Source of the DNA: Escherichia phage T1
Sequence record: NC_005833.1
Reading direction: 5' to 3' (one strand)
Length of the DNA stretch: 48,836 nt
Position numbers and translations under genes: made by a program. Of this stretch, positions 44,517 to 48,836 are shown piece by piece (the first letter of the stretch is position 1; each line of letters starts with the position of its first letter). A model generated the notes under the pieces. The model had not been told where the DNA came from. It did not search any database and saw nothing but the letters and a program-made list of their open reading frames with translations.

Positions 44517-46085
44517 TTAACCCATCAGTCGAGGATTGATGAAAACAATATCATCAATCCGGCAAGTGTAGTTCATCTCTTCGAGCGTGATCAGCAGGCT
44601 GTCGATTCGCTCAGCTACTTTTTGTTGACCGTTGAACGGCGTAACGTTACGGCACTTTGCAACAATGCTATGAATAGGTGCGCGACCTTTGTTCTTCTTT
44701 GCGATCTCAGTGATAACATCAATCAGCTTACGAGATTCAGCCTCATCACCAGCATACCCGGCGGCGCTGGCAGACGACAGATAGGTTCTGGAAAGCTCAT
44801 TGAAAATCATGATCGCTTCCTGCATTGTTTCAAGGTCAATCTCACGGTTGGAACGGTTCGGTGATTCACCCTCCCAGTTCTTGATTGTGTGAAGAACTGA
44901 AGCAATGCGCAAAGCGTGCTTATCGAACTTGCCGAGATGACCGCGTAGCATTGAGTGAGAGTATTTGCCCCCGGCTGCGAAATCCGGCTCCATAGCCTGG
45001 CGAGCAAGGTTTAATTCACGCATAGCATTACGGCTTACAGAGAGAACAACGTTGTCCTCCTTCATAATGTTGTGCACAAGTCGATAATATTTACTCACCA
45101 ATCCTCGATCGACTTCCTTATACAGTGCATCACCATTTTCATCGCAAAGAATACGAGTGCCTAAAAGAGGTTCCTCGCGAACCAATAGGAAACGCTCAGA
45201 TACACCGATACCGCGCTGGCCTGCGTCCATGATACCCTTGATTGTTTCATCCTGCGCAATGACGCAGATCGAACCGACCGGGCAAAGAGATAAGTTATTG
45301 TCCTGATTTGAACGCGCAACCTCCATATGGTTTTTATCCCACGCCTTGAGGATAAGCTCGCTGTTTGATTTCTTATCAGAACCGCCATAAGTCAGGCCAA
45401 GCAATGTATTTATTGCCGTTGCCTCATCAGAGATTACGGAAAAGTGGCCTTGAACAGCAGCTACTTTCGCAAGACCTTCCGGTGTAGGATCTGATACCGC
45501 GAAAACAATATCAGCCATCTTCTTGATCTTCTCTTCCAGTTTTTCCTTGTCCTCGTACAGCGCCGCCGTCGTGTTACCCTTCGGATCGTTTTTGATTTCC
45601 TTCTCGATCTGACGTAGCTGACTGGTTAAACGGATACGTTCCTTTTTGCGCTCTTCATTCAGTCTCTGAATCTCTGCGCGCATAGGTGTAATCGCCGCTG
45701 AGTTAATCGCGGATTTACCTGTTGATGGTGGCTGGCTAATCACCATATAAAGAGCGGTCGGTTGTTCTTCTCCGTGATATTGCACCCAAAACTTCCCTAG
45801 CATCGCGGCTGAGATGCACCCAATGAAATGAGCGTACGCAGACGAAACAGGAAACTGTACAGACTCAGCTTTTGCTTTTGCATATTCGAATACCAGGTTA
45901 TCGCCACCTAACGAAATCAGCGGGAACTTATCGTTTCCACTGTTGATATCGATCGGGTCTTGCCAAAACGAAACTGAATCCCCGTAGCTGTTTTCACGAA
46001 TTGCGATCGCCACCGGATTAACTCCAGTGCTATTTGCGATCTCAATAATCTGTTGGTAATTCAGTTTTGGCTTAATATTAAACAT
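44517..46085 (-). CDS. P-loop NTPase (possible replication-associated ATPase)
   Basis: Track ORF 44517..46148; start refined to Met 46085 (ATG sharing one base with HNH stop); Walker A-like QPPSTGKS. Confidence 0.55.
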   Translation of the reverse strand: MFNIKPKLNYQQIIEIANSTGVNPVAIAIRENSYGDSVSFWQDPIDINSGNDKFPLISLGGDNLVFEYAKAKAESVQFPVSSAYAHFIGCISAAMLGKFWVQYHGEEQPTALYMVISQPPSTGKSAINSAAITPMRAEIQRLNEERKKERIRLTSQLRQIEKEIKNDPKGNTTAALYEDKEKLEEKIKKMADIVFAVSDPTPEGLAKVAAVQGHFSVISDEATAINTLLGLTYGGSDKKSNSELILKAWDKNHMEVARSNQDNNLSLCPVGSICVIAQDETIKGIMDAGQRGIGVSERFLLVREEPLLGTRILCDENGDALYKEVDRGLVSKYYRLVHNIMKEDNVVLSVSRNAMRELNLARQAMEPDFAAGGKYSHSMLRGHLGKFDKHALRIASVLHTIKNWEGESPNRSNREIDLETMQEAIMIFNELSRTYLSSASAAGYAGDEAESRKLIDVITEIAKKNKGRAPIHSIVAKCRNVTPFNGQQKVAERIDSLLITLEEMNYTCRIDDIVFINPRLMG

Positions 46086-46624
46086 CACAATAAACTCCTT
46101 AGTTGACGGCGTGAATGATACACCGTCAATGGTACACGCGTTTTGCAAAAAGTGCTATTCGATCCGTGATTCTCATGAAAACCGTATAGCCTTTCCGCTT
46201 CCTTCCTTGCTTTAGCCGCTGCATCCAGCGTCATGAAGGTCCCTAAGTGTTTTGTCTTTTTATTTATGGTTATGTTTGCCGTGTATCTATTTGTTTTTTT
46301 ATTCCAATACACTCCCATAACTCCTGTGTTTGATGACACTACTCCCTTGTTTCTTAGGTTGTCTTGCCTAGTTACTAGCCTGAGATTCTCAATTCTGTTA
46401 TCGTCTCTTTCATGGTTTATGTGGTCTACATCCATTCCTTCTGGTATGTTTCCGTAGTGTATTTTCCATACTATTCGATGGGCGTATTCAAATACACCTC
46501 CTGGAAAACATATTGACCGATAACCTTTTTTATTAACAGTTCCGGCAAGTAGATTTCGTCTTCTTCCGATTCTCCACTCTTTCCAGTACAGTCTCCCGCT
46601 AACGTATTTCAGTTCATCTTTCAT
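46085..46624 (-). CDS. HNH homing endonuclease with AP2-like domain
   Basis: GNIPEGMDVDHINHERDDNRIENL core; AGA/ATA-rich codons; last 25 codons read through a box-hairpin element. Confidence 0.75.
   Translation of the reverse strand: MKDELKYVSGRLYWKEWRIGRRRNLLAGTVNKKGYRSICFPGGVFEYAHRIVWKIHYGNIPEGMDVDHINHERDDNRIENLRLVTRQDNLRNKGVVSSNTGVMGVYWNKKTNRYTANITINKKTKHLGTFMTLDAAAKARKEAERLYGFHENHGSNSTFCKTRVPLTVYHSRRQLRSLL
46100..46160 (-). promoter_or_regulatory. conserved box-hairpin element, reverse strand, inside 3' end of HNH ORF
   Basis: Reverse complement reads ATAGCACTTTTTGCAAAA, 22 nt, TATCAT, then RBS and ATG of P-loop NTPase gene. Confidence 0.55.
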
Positions 46625-47037
46625 AAGTATTTACTCTCAAAGGTTGTGCCGTCTGCGATACTAAAACCAACCTCTTCGCGGAATAAGGTCCAGCGGCAAC
46701 CGTCCTCATCAAAGATGTAACCAGCTACGCCTCCAAGAGCGCGACCGCTTTCTACCTGGTAACGCTTTCCAACCTTGAATGATTTTTTCATTGGGTTGCG
46801 ATGGTCAAGTCCGGTGCACTTGAGCGTCTTTGTTTTCAACTCGGTGAACTTCGCGAAGAAGATTTCATCAGATCCGTGAATATGTAATTCATCATGCTTT
46901 TCAAGTTTTAAATACTTCCCGCATTTTAACTTTACTTCACGAGTATCATCATAGCGCTCACGACCTTTGTACAGATTGTTTACTTCGAATCCTGTGATTT
47001 TGTCTGCGGAAGTGCATTTAAGTTTGATTGATTTCAT
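46621..47037 (-). CDS. hypothetical protein (138 aa)
   Basis: Track reverse ORF downstream of reverse-oriented box element. Confidence 0.45.
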   Translation of the reverse strand: MKSIKLKCTSADKITGFEVNNLYKGRERYDDTREVKLKCGKYLKLEKHDELHIHGSDEIFFAKFTELKTKTLKCTGLDHRNPMKKSFKVGKRYQVESGRALGGVAGYIFDEDGCRWTLFREEVGFSIADGTTFESKYL

Positions 47038-47059
47038 TGTGTTCGCTCCTGATTGGTTA

Positions 47060-47117
47060 TCTTGAATAAGGCCACTTTATCAAATGACCTTACGGCAATA
47101 TTAACAAATCGTGCTAT
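47060..47117 (-). promoter_or_regulatory. conserved box-hairpin element, reverse strand
   Basis: Reverse complement reads ATAGCACGATTTGTTAA, 22 nt, TAAAGT, with AAGGTCA / TGGCCTT arms. Confidence 0.55.
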
Positions 47118-47327
47118 TTACCAGGGAATATAATCGTCAACGTCCTCATTAATATCATCACCGGGTAACTCAAAGTTAGGATCGTATTCGCTTTCAGCAT
47201 CCATATCCATATCACCAAGAGCCTCGTCAAGTGTGATTTCTTTATATGCTACCTTGATGCACCATTCGGAACTAAGTCCGGCATCAAGCGCTGCAAAATA
47301 ACGAGTCCAGAAATTATCTTGTTCCAT
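47118..47327 (-). CDS. small acidic protein with SSB C-terminal-tail-like tip (..DVDDYIPW)
   Basis: 69 aa, highly acidic C-terminal half; last residues resemble this phage's SSB tail ..FDDDIPF. Confidence 0.5.
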   Translation of the reverse strand: MEQDNFWTRYFAALDAGLSSEWCIKVAYKEITLDEALGDMDMDAESEYDPNFELPGDDINEDVDDYIPW

Positions 47328-47330
47328 TAA

Positions 47331-47555
47331 TTAGCCCCACGAATTAATGTAAATCGAGTTAGCCTCAAGCGTTGCACGAACATCCGCATCTGTTGCATTT
47401 ATCAGTCGAGAGCCTGGCACGCTTCCGATAACACTATTTCCGTTACGCGTCTTAGTTACCGTCATTGAAATAAAGCCTGAAGACTTATCCATCTTGATAA
47501 ATACACGGCCTTTTGCGTTCAGGTGCTTGATGATATTCTCAACTTTAATGCTCAT
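47331..47555 (-). CDS. hypothetical protein (74 aa)
   Basis: Track ORF 47331..47639; start refined to Met 47555 after AAGGAA, so upstream box element stays intergenic. Confidence 0.4.
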   Translation of the reverse strand: MSIKVENIIKHLNAKGRVFIKMDKSSGFISMTVTKTRNGNSVIGSVPGSRLINATDADVRATLEANSIYINSWG

Positions 47556-47574
47556 TTTTGATTCCTTTGTTTTG

Positions 47575-47633
47575 TTTGGTATGGGAGTAATATACCTTAC
47601 TCCCCGATGTGTGTCTTTAGCAATTTGTGCTAT
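47575..47633 (-). promoter_or_regulatory. conserved box-hairpin element, reverse strand
   Basis: Reverse complement reads ATAGCACAAATTGCTAAAG, 22-23 nt, (G)TATAT(T), GGGGAGTA / TACTCCC arms. Confidence 0.55.
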
Positions 47634-47772
47634 CAGCACTCAGAAATTACTTTACACTCTTTGATCGTGCCGCCGAGAACTACCTTTTGCATCATTGCTT
47701 TTTGGCGACTATCGTAAACGCGAACATTTTTTACGCTGTTAAACTTTCCTGTATAGAAAGTGTGAACATAAA

Positions 47773-48093
47773 TCATTTTTTACCGTCCCATGTTTGATAT
47801 GCCGTAACCAGGTTAATGCTATGGTCGAACTCGTCAACGCTAAGCGATCCGATTCTAACAAGCTCTTTGTTGTGCTTAATGTCAACCATCCGGCTATATG
47901 GATGACCTGGCGCGTATTTAAATAGACGCTTGCTGTCGGCAATGTCTGCGTTAATTCCGTAGAATCGGCCTACTGCCGCCTTAACGCGCTCCATGATGTT
48001 TTTTTCGTGGATTGCCGCCGCGTTATTTAGTGCCGCAACCGTACTTCCGTTAATCTTCGGTGACTTCGTTGTGATTTTGTAAGTGTGGTTCAT
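47773..48093 (-). CDS. hypothetical protein (106 aa)
   Basis: Track ORF 47773..48159; start refined to Met 48093 after GGGGGA. Confidence 0.4.
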   Translation of the reverse strand: MNHTYKITTKSPKINGSTVAALNNAAAIHEKNIMERVKAAVGRFYGINADIADSKRLFKYAPGHPYSRMVDIKHNKELVRIGSLSVDEFDHSINLVTAYQTWDGKK

Positions 48094-48109
48094 TATTCCC
48101 CCTAACCAG

Positions 48110-48328
48110 TCAGGATAGCTTTCTAGCTTCATCAATGATAACAGGTTCGAGACGCTCAAGTCGAACGCGGAACGTGTTCATAAATCCCTCGTTATTCTTC
48201 AATAACTCGAAGGCGTCCGTAGCTTCAATGGCGCTACTACCCATGTAAGCGATTACGCGCTTCTGTGTTTTTCGTGAGATCGCCACTACGCGGTAAATAT
48301 TATCACTCATACAATGCCTCCTTAACAC
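48110..48328 (-). CDS. hypothetical protein (72 aa)
   Basis: Track reverse ORF in leftward operon. Confidence 0.4.
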   Translation of the reverse strand: MLRRHCMSDNIYRVVAISRKTQKRVIAYMGSSAIEATDAFELLKNNEGFMNTFRVRLERLEPVIIDEARKLS

Positions 48329-48674
48329 GATCCGCTACGAATGAGTTAACGGTGATTGAATAGTCAGCCACGAAGCAAGGAGCAACACTGCCTGGCTCAG
48401 TGCGCATGAATGGTTTATTGAACTGAGTGATTACCTCGCCAGTATCGTTATCAATTAAGCGAGACGCGCCTAAGCGGTCCACCACGCGCGTTACGCGGTC
48501 CACGCACTCCATTACATCACTTACGTCATAATAGGCGGTTAGAGCGGCTATCATTGCCTTCTCTTGCTTGTTGTGAATCTTACGCGCAATGTTCTCTATC
48601 GCAACGTGCACTTTCTCGTCAGTCTGGATTACCGAGCTGGCTGAGAAGTCCAGATCTGTGAACTGCTTAAACAT
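48303..48674 (-). CDS. hypothetical protein (123 aa), first gene of leftward operon
   Basis: Track reverse ORF; GAGGAAAG RBS; preceded by box element 48690-48751. Confidence 0.45.
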   Translation of the reverse strand: MFKQFTDLDFSASSVIQTDEKVHVAIENIARKIHNKQEKAMIAALTAYYDVSDVMECVDRVTRVVDRLGASRLIDNDTGEVITQFNKPFMRTEPGSVAPCFVADYSITVNSFVADRVKEALYE

Positions 48675-48689
48675 AATACTTTCCTCGTT

Positions 48690-48751
48690 TACTGTTGATG
48701 TGATGAATCATACCCAGTAGACATGGATAAGTCGTTAGCAAAAAATGCTAT
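48690..48751 (-). promoter_or_regulatory. conserved box element, reverse strand, upstream of first leftward gene
   Basis: Reverse complement reads ATAGCATTTTTTGCTAA, 22 nt, GTATGA. Confidence 0.5.
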
Positions 48752-48836
48752 TCCAATAATTGCTCATTATTCCATCAATACTGGAATATCTGGAATAATC
48801 ACGATCATGATTGATCTCTAATGATGAGATGTGATT

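Noticed and set aside
47739-47942. Reverse-strand track ORF 47739..47942 (67 aa)
   Set aside because: Overlaps the better-supported gene 47773..48093 in another frame and has no RBS.

Overview
This 48.8 kb window reads as a complete or near-complete genome of a virulent, T1-like siphovirus (Drexlerviridae/Tunavirus-type architecture). That assignment is inference from gene content and order; no database search was run. No rRNA, tRNA, CRISPR array, integrase or repressor was found. Gene starts were refined by eye from the ORF track using RBS and overlap logic, and several are uncertain.

Layout:
- 1-448: AT-rich intergenic region with iterons.
- 539-8311 (+): early region of about 25 small genes, including an HAD phosphatase, an HNH endonuclease and a P-loop kinase.
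- 8396-29601 (+): packaging, head and tail module (terS, TerL, portal, scaffold, major capsid, tape measure, lambda M/L/K/I/J-like tail tip).
- 29623-29850 (-): small lipoprotein, then a second AT-rich regulatory region (29851-30377).
- 30378-32633 (+): recombination module (PD-(D/E)XK exonuclease, annealing protein, SSB).
- 32695-36431 (-): tail fibre, primase and an HTH protein.
- 36525-42510 (+): SF2 helicase, VRR-NUC nuclease, Dam-type methyltransferase, HTH-metallophosphoesterase, second HNH.
- 42878-43982 (+): lysis cassette (pinholin-like holin, SAR-type endolysin, unimolecular spanin).
- 43993-48674 (-): leftward operon with a P-loop NTPase, third HNH and small proteins.

Most notable observations:
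1. A conserved box (ATAGCAC-N3-TTGNTA) recurs more than 20 times, each with an exact 22-nt spacer to a -10-like hexamer set inside a copy-specific hairpin.
2. A 69-aa acidic protein ends in ..DVDDYIPW, resembling the SSB C-terminal tip (..DDDIPF) and so a candidate SSB-tail mimic.
3. The tail chaperone carries a slippery heptamer A_AAA_AAC plus downstream stem-loop, consistent with a -1 programmed frameshift.
4. The J-like tail tip gene contains a perfect 99-bp tandem duplication.
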